Source: Lytechinus pictus
Lineage: Eukaryota
Assembly: GCF_037042905.1 (NCBI RefSeq)
Contig: NC_087263.1
Location: forward strand, 12,216,001 to 12,280,000
Direction of reading: 5' to 3'
DNA length: 64,000 bases
The notes below the pieces were generated by a model. It worked only from the letters and a program-made list of their open reading frames with translations, did not search any database and had not been told where the DNA came from. This document shows, in pieces, positions 14,120 through 28,600 of the stretch. Every line of letters starts with the position of its first letter. The first letter of the stretch is position 1. The translations under genes were made by a program, and so were the position numbers.

Positions 14120-14706
14120 TAATATGCTTTTCGCATTGCATTTCCTTAACCCCATACTATCCTTAACCCCGGACTATCCTTAACCCCATACTATCTTTTT
14201 TTGGATTCACACTGTCTTTCTTAACCCCATACTATCTGCTTAGCCGGGGTTAACGCCTTAACCCTGGACTATCCCACAGCTCATGAATATTGATGATTTT
14301 ACCTTGCAGAGCGTGATTAACGTGCAATTTCGACATCTGTGATTGGCTATTGCTTAGCCCCACTTTTTCTTAGCCCAGTTTCGTTTCACACTGCATCTCT
14401 TAGCACCACATTATACCATGTATAGCATTTGGTGTTTGCTTATCACGAAGGACTGAATGAATAACTGTCGTTTCTTTCGATGTCCACAATTGTGGTGCTA
14501 GCACCACAATAAGCCGGCTAACCCTGCTTTTTTTCAGGGCCAGATAGTACCGCACTATTTGCCGTGCTAGCCCACTTTGCTAAAACGTAGTGTGAAAACG
14601 AAGTGGGCTAAGCTTAACCCCGGGAAATTGGTGGGGCTAAGACCCCCCTTAGCCCCACCAATTTCCTTGGGTTAAGGGAAAAAAGTGCAGTGTGAAAAGC
14701 ATATTA
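14120..14706. mobile_element. Harbinger-like MITE carrying a captured 69-bp local fragment
   Basis: TIR taatatgcttttc / gaaaagcatatta; internal ccttaaccccatactat repeats. Confidence 0.8.
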
Positions 14707-15229
14707 GGGTAATATGAAATCTACCATTTGACTGTTCTGGGCCACGTTGCACAAAAGTTACCATTATGGACATACAGTGGTACCTTGCATGCAATCCTTG
14801 ATTTTGATTGGCCATTGATCAGCATTTACCATGGTAGTAACCATTGGATGGAAACTTACCATAATAGTAACTTTTATGCAACAGGACCCAGAACTTCACA
14901 TTATCATTCTCCAATCTCTATGAAGATAAAGTGTGGTTTTCCTCGAATAGTTTTCCCTATTGAAACACAGGCACCGCTTCATAAAGACCACCTCCTCATA
15001 AATACAGCTTTGCTTGCAGCCAGATGACAGTCTTTATAAACAATTCAAAACATTTGTTTTCTTTATTTTTTGTTGTTTTAGGAGGGAGTCGTAAGAAATA
15101 AGAGGGTTTCTCATGGAAGTGCCCCATCTTTATTACAGGAAGCTGTCCATAAGGATCCCCTCCAGAGGGCAGTCTTTATAAACAGTTCAAAACATTTGAT
15201 TTCTTTTTATTATTTTCTCTTTTTTTTAG

Positions 15230-15337
15230 GAGGGAGTTGTAAGGAGTAGGATTTCCCATGAGAGTACTCCATCTAAACCCAACCAGTCAGAGTTAGATGA
15301 ATGTAAACGCAAACTGGTACAAGATATTTCTCACCTG
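15230..15337 (+). CDS. IRAG-like exon (phase 0/0) EGVVRSRISHESTPSKPNQSELDECKRKLVQDISHL
   Basis: Long pyrimidine tract + AG, 108-nt open frame, CTG|GTAAGT donor. Confidence 0.7.
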
Positions 15338-15693
15338 GTAAGTAATTTATATACTGTAGGTGATGATGATGATGATGGATGGTGATGGTGGTGGTGGTGT
15401 TGATGAGGATGATGATTATGATTGATAGGGGATGATGATGATGATAGGGGATGATGATGATGGTGATGATAATGATGGTGATGATGATGGTGATGATGGG
15501 GATGGTGATGATGATGATGATAATGATGATGATGATGATGATAGGGGATGGTGATGGTGATGATGGTGATGATGATGGCGATGATGATGATAATGGTAGT
15601 GAATATAAATTGAAAGTAATATCACAAGACATTACTCACCCGGTATTGATATATTGATGATGATGATTATGATGATGATGGTGATGGTAGTGA

Positions 15694-15724
<31 letters not shown>

Positions 15725-15726
15725 GG

Positions 15727-15776
<50 letters not shown>

Positions 15777-16578
15777 GTGGTGGTGATGGTGGTGGTGGTT
15801 GTGGTGGTGATGATGATAATGATGATGATGATGATGATTATTATTATTATGCTCAAGGGCTAATGTTTATTTAAAAAATAGTAATAATAGTGATAATGAT
15901 AATAACAAATGATAGAAATCATGATGCAACTTCTACTTCTTTTGATAATAATGACAATAATGTTTATTATGATATCTATTTGATTTAAATAGCAATTATA
16001 ATGATGGTATGAGGACGATGATAAAAATATGAACAATGATGATGGTTATGATGACAATGATTATAACAACAATAGTAAGAGTAATAGGAACTAATGTGAA
16101 AAAACAAACAAAACATATAAATACAAGAACATTGTGGACAGGACGCCCACAAACAAATTTTTTCGTAAGTCTTGAATATCAGCATCTTTACTAAGACTTT
16201 AGTATCTTGGAGCAACATTCCTTTGGCCACATACCAAGGTGTCAGTTTCAATTGAGGAAACCCGTTCGTATTTGAATTAGTTCCATACTCTGTTTTCACA
16301 GCTATACATGATTTAATATATAATGCACTTTGTGGAGACTATGGCATGTTGCAGAGAAAATTAAAAGAAACACACAATTTTAGTCTGAATACACTACCCT
16401 CTCTATAAAGCGAGGGATGTCTCCCTCTCACGTCCTTGATAAAGCCAAGTAAAATAATAAGAAAAATGTATATCAAATCTCAGAAAAAATCTCATGAAAA
16501 TAAGAAACAGGGGTCCTTTCCCCAAATTTTTTTCTTTTTATTATTTTCCTGAAGGCATTATGAAATATTTGTCAGTTC

Positions 16579-16614
<36 letters not shown>

Positions 16615-19600
16615 GGGGGGGGGGGATGATTCAACCCTCTCCCATATGCTGATGTACATAAATTTGCCATTTTTGTCTCACCTGCATAGCAGAGTGAGAC
16701 TATAGGCCGACGGCGGCGGCGGCGGCGACGGCGACGGCGGCGGCGACGGCGGCGGCGGCGTCAACACCAAATCTTAACCTAAGGTTAAGTTTTTGAAATG
16801 ACAGCATAACTTAGAAAGTATATGGACCTAGTTCATGAAACTTGGCCATAAGGTTAATCAAGTATTACTGAACATCCTGCCTGAGTTTCATGTCACATGA
16901 CCAAGGTCAAAGGTCATTTAGGGTCAATGAACTTAGACCATGTTGGGGGAATCAACATCAAAATCTTAACCTAAGGTTAAGTTTTTGAAATGTCATCATA
17001 ACTTAGAAAATATATGGACCTAGTTCATGAAACTTATACATAAGGTTAATCAAGTATCACTGAACATCCTGCATGAGTTTCACATCACATGACCAAGGTC
17101 AAAGGTCATTTAGGGTCAATGAACTTTGGCCGAATTGGGGGTATCTGTTGAATTACCATCATAACTTTGAAAGTTTATGTATCTGATTCATGAAACTTGG
17201 ACATAATAGTAATCAAGTATTACTGAACATCCTGTGCAAGTTTCAGGTCACATGATCAAGGTCAAAGGTCATTTAGGGTCAATGAACTTTGGCCAAATTG
17301 GGGTATTTGTTGAATTACAGCCATAAATTTGAAAGTGTGTTGGTCTAGTTCATAAAACTTGGACATAATAGTAATCAAGTATCACTGAACATCCTGTGCG
17401 AGTTTCAGGTCACATGATCAAGGTCAAAGGTCATGTAAGGTCAAAGAACTTTGGCCACGTTGGGGGTATTTGTTGAATTGCCATCATATCTCTATAAGTG
17501 TATTGGTCTAGTTCATAAAACGTGGAAATAAGAGTAACCAAGTATCACTGAACATCTTGTGCGAGTTATAGTAGTTTTCAAAATCAGCACTGCTGCTATA
17601 TTGAATCGCGTGATGCAGGTGAGACGGCCAGAGGCATTCCACTTGTTAGGGGATTGGGGTCGGGCATGTTCCCCCATACCATTGAATGTTATTAAACTGG
17701 TCCAGAGATAAAGTCACATTCTCAAAGATACATGTAAATGTACATGTAGCTATCACTGACATAAACTAATGCACAGGGAATAATTTTGCTTTACAAATTT
17801 GAATAGCATTTTTGGTCATAAGAGAAAAGCTCTCAACTATAAAGTAATGTACAGTCCTATGTAAAAATGTGCTATTCAAAAGACTTTATGCATAGCAGGA
17901 CGTCTTTCAAAAATGTGGAGCAAATTGCGATGCGTTACCAGGAAAATTATTCCCTGAATAAATTTCTGAATGATTATCAATATCTGAACTCGACAAAAGC
18001 ACTTTAATGCTTTGATCCCAGCAAGTTATCCCTTCAAAGTCGACCAAATCCCTGTTGTTAATAGTAGTCACGTTTCCATCAGCTTGAGTTTTCAAATTAT
18101 CCTATCCATGAGCCTGCAAACTACATGCATCTTGATCAAAACTATAGTTGAATCTAGTGGTTTCAAACCGCCTCGATCACAAGAATCCCCGTTAAATTAC
18201 GAGAACTTTTTTTGGCTAAAAAATACCCATTAATTTTTCCTGCATTCACACCGCCCAGAAACATACCCTTCGGGATAAATTCCTGAAGTTAGGAGCATGC
18301 GCAGTATGGTCTAATAAGCAGGCAAGGCGCGAGATTCAAAACCACAAGCCCAGCAGCCACCCACGGCGCCTGCACCCAACGACACGCTGGGCTAAAAGTT
18401 CCCATATATTGCTTTCACATTGCCAAAATACCTGCGACCTTGTAAAAATCCCCGCGAAAGTTCTCGTAATTTTGCCAAGTACCTACTATTTAGCGGGTAT
18501 TTTCTTTCGGGGAAATTACGCGTAGTTTGCTTTCACATTACCAAAATACCTGGTATTTTCTGATCGGGGTAAATTTCCCGATCAGAGAATACCTGAAACT
18601 GACGAACTTCGAGGCGGTCTGAAACCACCTTCTGAGTCTAATGAAATAAATATTATAATTTGATTGTCAATATTTAAAGAAAGCTAGACAAAGAATAATA
18701 ACAGATTTTTTTACTCTTGGGTATGATTTATATGCATGAATTGACCTACTGTCACTTATTTTGTCAGGAGTTAACACAGGAATGGGTAAAATAAATGCCA
18801 GAATCCATCAGATTCCAGTGTTCCGAAATCTGTGACTGTGCCTATAGTCAAAACAAAGCAAACTTGTGATTATTAATCATCAACCGATCTAGCTACAACC
18901 TAAGATTTATTGAGCAAAGCTGGGCTGATGAAAGCCCTATAATCTGTTTGAGGTGTTAATAATTTGTAAACAAAGCTGTTGACATGAGAGAAAAAAGATC
19001 ATGAGATGCAAACATCATACTCGCGTCTTATGATCTACTCTCATTTTGCAAGAGTGTTCCTTGCAAGTGCATTAATCTGTTGCCAACTGTAAGTGGATGT
19101 TTGCTATGCAAAGTCTAGCTATGGGGAAATACAGAATCTAGTAGTCACTGGGTTAATTGCCTTGTCGGCTGGTAATTCTGGAATCTACAAGTTGAAAGTC
19201 ATTCTTGTTGGAAGGATTTACCTGTCTTGTGTCCTAATGATCAAGTTTTGGAATAACATTTTCTGTTGTTTCAACATAGAGGAGGTTTGTAAGTAGAGAT
19301 ATATGTAGTTTTGTTTTCAGAACTTTTGGAATCTACAAGTTGAAAGTCATTCTTGTTGGAAGGATTTATCTGTCTTGTGTCACAACTTTTTTGGGAAAAT
19401 TAGATTTTTCTGCCATTACTTTTAATACTCAAGATACTTTCTTTTGGAAATCTGTCCATTACAGCTACACGTACAGTATAGATCAAATTTCTTCAGCAAC
19501 TGGTACACCAGCTAAATGGTTTTCATCAGAAATAGAAAATAAAGAATTGAAAATGTTGCGTTTTGACCATTCTTCAGAATAGATTTGGTGCATTATATTA

Positions 19601-22600
19601 ATTATATGTATACAATATTAACCCTTTGCGTGCGACGGGCTTCCACAGAAGCCCAGCGAGTCATTCACTTAGCTACGACGGGCTTCTACAGAAGCCGAGA
19701 AATGTTTGGTTTAATTCAATGAAGTTTTTCAGCTTTTTCGTAATTGTTATGTACTAAAACCTCTGCCACTATTTCCTGTATAAACCTATTTCGATAACAG
19801 ATTGAAAAAAATATACACCTACGTGGGGAAAAATCACGAAAACTGGATATTATTTCAACTTTACCCGATTTTTTCGTTGGAGTCGGACGGGAAGGATAAA
19901 TTTTGTGACGAGCACGTACGCGCGCGCATAAGGCCTGATCACGTGATTTGTTCCGATCACGTGATTTCATCCATATCGTTCTGATAGATATACGCTAACA
20001 TCTTTTCTGCAAGATTGTCACGTAATAAGCTACGCGTTTATTCACCATTTTTATTTGTTTAATCAAGAAGATATCACTCTAGATAGAATGATATCTCATT
20101 GGTTTCATCGATCGATTGCATTTTCAGAAAAGCAAAAAGCTTGTAATGTCTTAGTACTTTGAGCTGATCTCGGTGCACTTTAGAACTTTTCCCCTCCCCA
20201 TCATCCCTCTTCTTCTCATTATTTTTGTATACTATTATGAAAAAAGGAGAAAAGAAAGCAGTTTAGCACACCATTCATCTTCTGCTCTTTTCAAAAGGGG
20301 AACGTCCATGTAGTTCGTGATATCGGCACTACCCGAACAAAAGAATGTCTGGGCGGCCACTCAAACAAATTCTTTCCGAAAAGAGCAGGATACAGATGGT
20401 CAACGCCCCGAACAAAAGGATGATTAGTGTTTACCGGCAGGATGACCCATTGAACGCTTTTCGTACTTAGCAATACAAAAAAGCTTTTATGATTTTTTTT
20501 TGACCAACATACCGTATCTAAAATAAATATGTCTCATTTACCGACAACACAGGTGCTTATGACATCCGTCAGTGATTCATATTGCATAAAGGCGCTTCCC
20601 CTGGGTGATGATGCATATAAGGATGAACGAATATTATTTAGGGAAATTATCGAAAAAATATGTTCAAATGTCAGGGATAACGAGAGAGAAGGAGAGACAG
20701 AGATAAAAGGGGGAACAGAAAAGTGCGCTTTTGCTAAAATTCCATGCATGTATACTTACTTGAACGAATTACAACATGACTTTATTTTTTGGTTAGATTA
20801 CTTAAAAAAAATCCCACAACGTTTGTTTGCTGCAACTCGGTCCTCAGACCCTTGCCAATCTGATGAAGTTTTATCATTGTTCTTGTTTGACCCCCCCCCC
20901 CCCCTGATGGAAATGTTCTGACCTACACTCGAATATATATTGCTTGTTTGTCTCCTCTCTCCGATTTTCTGTTTTTAATTGCGAGTAACGCGGTGAAAAA
21001 GATAAGAATAAAGACCGTCCTGGCCCCTTTTTTCCCCCGTTACGACCAAAAAAAATCGCATTTGGGGCGCTTACCATGGTTTGCATCTAAACCAAAATGT
21101 TTGGAAGAAGATGTTATACAGGGATAGCAACGTTTTTTTATGGTGCAGGGGTTGAGCTGTAGGACGGGGATGAAGCGGCTAAAAATATTACAATTTGTTA
21201 ATTCATATCATTTTACAGAATTAATTTATAATAGGTTAGGTTTTAGAAGCTCTTCATCTTATTTCCTTTTCTTTCCCAGATAAAAACTTTTGCATCGAAA
21301 AGTTGACGGAAACATAATCACTTCAAATGATAAAACCAATAATGAGCTAAAAGTTTCCACGCGCGAACTTGGAGGAAATAGAATGATACAGGATGAGAAA
21401 TTACGCTAAGGCACCCCCTATAAAGAAAACACGTTTGTCTGGCGTGTCACCCGATAGAACCCTCTCAATCCTACAGACTTTTATTCATGTGTAACCTACA
21501 CCCCCCCCCGAAAAAAAAAATAAATAAATGTTGATACCGACCCAAAGTTTATTGATTTTCCTACATTTTGCCAATTTCTTTCTCCCTTTTTTTAACCGGC
21601 GAATAGCGAGGTAGAAAAGATTCATAGAGGGAAAAAAATAGTTTCCGTTACTGAATGTGGGAGGGAGTGGACCGGCCGAGAAAAAAAATCAGAAATTTAT
21701 ATAGACTTCGGATTTTTTGTACATGTTTGCTGAAAGGGGTGAGGACTGAAACTTCCTACCAACTCCGCCGCCTCTGTACTATTAGATTGAACGATTAAAA
21801 CGATAGAGACAAAAATGAATTCTAACTATTGTGAATGTTTTTTCTTTAATGATTTATTTTCGGTTGTGAAATCAAGGAGACAATATAACAAAACGAAGGA
21901 GACAATCGAACAAAACGAAAGAACAAATAAAAAAAAACACTTATGATTGCCGATGCTATAATTTATTCAAGAAAAAATACTCTCTAGGTGGTTTCAAACC
22001 GCCTCGATCACAAGAATCCCCGTTAAATTACGAGAACTTTTTTATGCTGAAAAATACCCATTAATTATTCCTGCATTCACACCGCCCTGAAACATACCCT
22101 TCGGGATAAGTTCCTGAAGTTACGAGCATGCGCAGTATGGTCTGATATAAGCAGCAAGGCGCGAAATTCAAAATCACTAGCCCAGCAGCAACCCATGCAC
22201 GGCGCCGCACCCAACGACACGCTGGGCTAAAAGTTCCTGTAATTTGCTTTCAGACCGCCAAAATACCCACGACCTTGGAAAAATCCCCGCGAAAGTTCTC
22301 GTAATTTCGCCAAGTACCTACTATTTATCGGGTATTTTCTTTCGGGGATATTACGCGTAGTTTGCTTTCACACCGCCAAAATACCTGGTATTTTCTGATC
22401 GGGGTAAATTTCCCGATCAGAGAATACCTGGAACTGGCGAACTTCGAGGCGGTCTGAAACCACCTTCTGTTACTTTCAGTAATTGCTTGGCTTTTTTGAG
22501 GTGATAGTAAGATAAAGAAAGAAACGTAGAAAGTGACAAGAAGAGAGTTGGGAGATATGATTTCAGACTTACAATTTTAGTCACTTTTATTCGTTTAACT

Positions 22601-25600
22601 CTTTGAAATAATTTCAGAATATTACAAATCGAATACCGATGCGCAAACTTCAGGAACAAAATTATTTTATTATTATTATAATATCTGCGTGGGAAATCGA
22701 ATTAAACGAGACATATAATTTATGAAACAATCTAAAAAAGAAAATTACCTTTAGTGAAAGATTGAGGCCTCTGTCTTAATTGCCATAACCCTAAGCCCCA
22801 AGTTCACAAAAAATAGTTTAGTCGTGTATTTTTATACGAAGATGATGATGATCATCATTGTCTTTTGCGAAAGATATCTACCCATGTTATCAATATAGAA
22901 AATGGAAGATGATATAGAATTTATTGTGAAATGACAGTTACAATAGTAATTTTAAAAGGTTTTTCGGGACATTATTTGAAAACAGGGGGAAAACCCCCCA
23001 AAATTTTCGACATGATGACCACGATGCAATAGGACGAGAGGCCAACAAATGCAACCATCTCCGATCAATACAAGTTGGCAAAAACGAGGCATTCTCTCGG
23101 AACCGTTTCCGATGAAGAGAGAGAGAGAGAGGGGGGGGGGGGAGACGTTAGATGTAATGTAAAAATGACAGGTACTGAGAAGAAAAATCAGATAGGATTG
23201 AGGGGATGGGGCGGGTATATACCTCGTAATCCAAATCGGGAAGAAAGAAGACGATACAGATATAATTTTAATGAGAAGAACTCAGAGAAAAAAGGTGTAG
23301 AAGGGAGGGGATGTAGAAAGACGATAGATATAAGGGACTGAAAGCCGTGGATAATACATTCAGTTACAGGTTAGAAACCAGAGAAAGGGAAAACGAGGAA
23401 ATACTTAATTGGTATCGTTTTATAAATACATTCATGCACATTTTATATTGAAAAATGCGCAATAATATTTAAACAAATTTACCATACGCCAGTCAAATAG
23501 AATGATTTCAGTAGGTTTCAAGTGTTATTGAAAATTTGTAAACAAATTTTATATATAACGGGCCCCTGGAAAACTTTTGACCCCCCCCCCCACTTTCTCT
23601 CGTTCTTTCATCCGATATTGCTCTTATTTTTGTCTTCTATTTCAAAGGAAACAAACAGAAAATAAAGGAATTAAGAACACCGTTTATCCTCTGCTCTTTT
23701 AAAAATGAACAAAAGAAAGTCATGGCGGACGCTCAAACAAATTCCTTATAAAAAAGAGCAGGGGACAAATAGCCAACGCCCTGAATAGAAGGAAGATTAG
23801 TGTATTTCGTCAGGATGACCTAGTAAATGCTTCTCTTATTTAGCGATACAAAAAGCTCTTAGGAATACTGCTTTTCATATTACGACAGTAACAATAAAAA
23901 AAGTAAATGTTTACTTATTTAAAACATGCAGGCGCTTAAGACATGCCAAGAACATTTTCTTGAGCATGACAGTGCTTTCTTCACAAAAAATACAATTTTC
24001 CCCTGGGTGATGATACACATAGGGATGGAAGAAGATGTAAGTGAGATTTAAAAAAAAGAATAGAAAATGCAAATCGAGATACATGTATAGGAGAATGATA
24101 AAACGACAGAGAGGATGGAAGGGAAAAAAGAGGAAATAGACCAAAAAGGTATAATGTAAACCATAATGTGCGCTTTTGCTATTGCATAAATATTTACTTA
24201 TAAAGAATTATAGAATACTAGTCCCCCACCTCAATTTGTAATTCACGTCATTTTATAGAATGAATTTTTCATGTTAGCTTTTGGAAGCTCTTCATCTCAT
24301 TCTCTCTTTCTCTCCCATGTGAAAATTTTTGCACTGAAAATTCGACAAAAGCATAATCAGTTCAAACGCTAAAACTAACAATGAACTAAAAGTTTATGCT
24401 ACAATTTCAATAGATAATATTAATTTACTTTCTCTCATTGTGACGAACAGTAATCGGTAGCATGGTTATTTTGGAGGGAAACGGGAGATAGAAAAATGAA
24501 ACGTAGAACGATTGGAGAGGAGAGCGTTGGGAGGTATGATTTGAGTCACATTTACCCCCTTCGCTCTTTGAAATTGCAACAGGAAAACAAATCGAACACT
24601 GGTATGCAATCTTCAGGAACAAAATTATTTTTTATTACAAACTGTAATTTATGAAAAGAAGAAACCAAGGGCGATTTTTAGTGAAACATTGAGGCCACCG
24701 TCTTGAAGCCCAGAAGCCAAAAATCACAATATAGTTTCGGACTTTCTTTGCGCAGCATCATCATCGTACTTGCAAAGGAATATATTCACCATTTTTTTAT
24801 TCATTCTGGAAAATAAAGGTATTTGGTATGCTGTTATTTCACCCAAAACGGATTATCGTCGTAATTATACACTTTGCAAATGATCTGAATACAAGGTGTT
24901 AACGAGACCATTCATGAGTATAGCGTGACAATAGGCAATGAAAAAAGCACTAGAGCAGACAACAAGCGGTATCGATCGAACCCGACTTGTCCGCGCGTGC
25001 TGATTGCCCTTACGCATGTTTGTACACAGTGCCTATTGACTTGGGAAAAAGCGAAGATTTGACAAAATAACACGACTTTTTCCTCGTAAATTTCTTAACT
25101 ATTCTGTTGATTTGAGAAGCGAGACCTTTAATTCTAGAAAGAAAAATGTCTGATCTTTCATCTTTACATTTACTAAAAATCCTGAAAATACTTCTGTTTG
25201 GCGCAATTAGCAATAGATTAGGAAAACACCGCCACAGATCCAAATACCAGCAATGTACAAAAACGGCTCCGCCGCAGGGAGAGGTATTCGGTTTCGCGGG
25301 CCCGCACGCAAAGGGTTAATGTTATTATAAATAACACCATTTGCAACAACAACAGCAACAACTAAAACGAGTGCACTTGGTTTTGACCTTTATCCCCCAC
25401 CTCCCTACACTATAATGCTGGAGGCACTACCCATAATACCCAAACATAAAGTATTTTCCAGTCTGTGATTGTGACTTCTTTAACAAAAGGTCGGACAACT
25501 TCTGAGAAATGACAATAGCGGGCTGGTATGGGGTGGTTTCTATTGTCCTTCAGGGGTGAATAGATTTCACCGGTGCATGCATGGGATATACATGTACACA

Positions 25601-28600
25601 TACCAATAGCTCAGTGTTGGGGGATATATTTTGGACTAGTGCATGCATGGAATATATTTTTGATTATCGCATGGGATATATTTGAACTATTGGCCATAAT
25701 GATGTATATGTACAGTAGGAGTTTGTTTGGAGAACTGTAAAGCTTGAGAAAACTTCACAGGTAACACTTTTTCAACTTTTATATACTTTCTAGAGAGTGA
25801 CAAACACTTGTGGATATTGGCTTGTGGGTTGTATTCATGCTTGCTTGCTTAATACCAAAAGCTGCAATAAAGCTCAATGTACAGTGAAACCTAGTGCACC
25901 GATTGTGTGGGATATGTGTCAGTCTGTTCTGTTGGATAGGTTTTGCCATTAATCTGCTCTGGTAAAACTTCTTGAAGTTAATGTTTTTGTACTTTTCAGG
26001 CAATTATGAAAGCAGACAATCACAGAAAGAATTGATGCTAACAAGGTCTGAGTAGTATCAAAACTTTGTGCATGTTAAACACTACATTGGTAGCCTATTA
26101 CATGAAGGTAGAAAGAAAAATAAATAATACTTTTGAACTACAGGAATGTCCAAATAAGTGGTTATATAGCCTGGAGTTGCACCAGTTATGTTGAATCCTG
26201 AATAATCAGAGGACTGGAGGTCCAAATGATTATGATGATAATATTAAATACTAAATACTTCAATAGCAATGTCCCCTTGCATCAGGGTTGTTTGATTTTA
26301 TAAATCATGTCGATTTAAATCACTTGATTTTTTTCAAAAAAATCACTGATTTAAATCAACTTTTATGAAAAAATTAGTTTTCTCTATTTTCTCTTCTTTT
26401 TAACAGATCCTTTCAATGTAATCATTTTCATTTCTGTTCCACATGCTTTAGAGATACTTTAAAAGAATGATACACCCTCATGGAGTCTGATTTAACACCA
26501 TTGTTTTATTTTCAAATTGTAAAACAAGCAAAACTGATGAAAACAACAAGTTTCTAACAAAGTAATGATAAATAACTCTCTGTATGTACACCAAACTGTT
26601 AAATCTTCAATAAAATAATATATAAAATCTACAAAGGTGCTCAAAGTCCACAACTTGGATACTTTTACAAAACAGCTGAACTACTTGTATGTACCTCCTT
26701 CTTGTTACTATTAATACCCATTCTTTCAATTACTTAAGTTGAAGGCATATGTGTACATTTGGTAAGAATTACATGTATATTTGCATGCTTGTGTTATTGT
26801 GTATTTTCTTACCAAGAGAAAGAATTTACCTTGTGTATGCTGAAGATGCTGATGGTCATCTTGGGCAACATCCGGTCGATCATTGTTGCACTTTTCATGG
26901 TGTGTTTTCATCCGCTTCACAATCCCCATCAACTCAAAACCACATAGTTTGCACTTTGCTCTGCATCCAGTTGCGGATTTTGATGGCAGTTTCTCAAAAA
27001 AGTACCAAATGGGGTCTGATTTTCTTCCAGACATGATGCTTATTCATGCATCACAAAAGCTGCAAAACCCTTTGTTTATTAGCTATTACCAGCTGTTAGT
27101 TGGGAAGTCCCCCATGTGATAGTTCTAGGAAATATTCCTAGCTAAAATCCCCCATGTGATAATTCTAGGAAATATTCCCAGCTAGAATTCCCAAGGGCAG
27201 TATAGGAACCCTAACAGGCCTTTAATAATGTCAATTTTGTTGGAAATTCTCAAGTTCTTTGAGTACTTCATGCATTGGAGTAACACTTCGGATGTTTTGA
27301 ACTGACTGATATAAAAATTTCAAGAGTTTAAATGTATACATAATTCATACATGTAACATTACTTGGGCTTCCATAAAATGTCCCTCTCTATAATGCAAAT
27401 AAATAAATAAAAAAATAAAAAAAATTACCTGTATATAAGTGGATTATTGTGTCAAATAGTACAATACATTATGTTCAAAAGACTACTTGACCACTATTAT
27501 TGGTGTAAAACAGTTTAAATATAGTTTAAAACTTGTTAAGTGTGACCATTATTTTTCGTTGGAAAAAAATCAAAAAAATCTGATTTAAATCATAAAAATC
27601 CGATTTAAATTAAAAAAAAAATCCGATTTTTTTGATTTTTAAAAAAAAATCAAAAAAATCAACAACCCTGCCTTGCATAGTGTTTATATCCAGCATGTGC
27701 TCCAACTTGTGGAGCTTGGAAGAATTTCTCTTGTGACAGCCATCTACATGTAAATTGAAAAAAAAACATGAGTGAGAATGTTGTATAAACTAGTAATATA
27801 GTATATTAAGTTGGTTTGGAAGTTTTTGGCAAGTGTATGATTGTGAAAAAAAAGTATTAAAATACATATATATCATACAGAAAAATGCACACATTTTCAT
27901 ATTGAACCAGGGTTTCAAGGGCAAATTTGGGGTTAAGGTTGGGTTTAGGGTTAGTCAATTAATATCAATAAATTTTGAGTGGCTGTCGCAAAAGAAACTC
28001 TTTCTGTGGGGCTACTTCAGTATTACCATGGTCATAAAAGAATCACAAATGTGACTAGCGCCCACATACATGTAGGTGCATGCATGTGCCCATTAACACA
28101 GACATCTTCCCAAAAGACGTAAGTGCTGCCGTTGAGTTTGAAGTTTTGAACCCCTGGCCTTGTGGTTCAAAGTCCAGGGACCTGTCGTCTGATCCACAAC
28201 ACCAAAGCACTTGTTTCCTTACGAGTGCGAGAAATTCTCTTGCATTATGCTGCACGCAATTAACCCACGTGAAGAAATCTGTAATTAACTGGCACAGTGA
28301 ACAACTTGCCACTTTGTAGATCTGTTCTGTAGCCCTTCTGAAAAACGACTACAAAACAGCAAATTTTGTTCATTTTGCTCACTTGAGATTCAATCCTTGA
28401 ATGTACTGAACACTGTTCATGTGATAGTGTGAAGGAATCAGTTCCTCTATGAATTTCTCCGTCTTTCCCACTGACAGAGTTGAGTTCACACAATTATTCA
28501 TTTCTTTGACACAGGATGAGCTACCATCAAGTAATGTTAAGTCCTGGATACAGAGAATTACCATTCAATTCAATTCAATTTATTTACACTCTCAATAAAA

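Noticed and set aside
15273..15863. Poly-M/I/H/S ORFs
   Set aside because: Translations of (GAT)n microsatellites
25719..25760. 42-nt phase-0 exon candidate EFVWRTVKLEKTSQ
   Set aside because: Good donor but no pyrimidine tract; not supportable without transcripts
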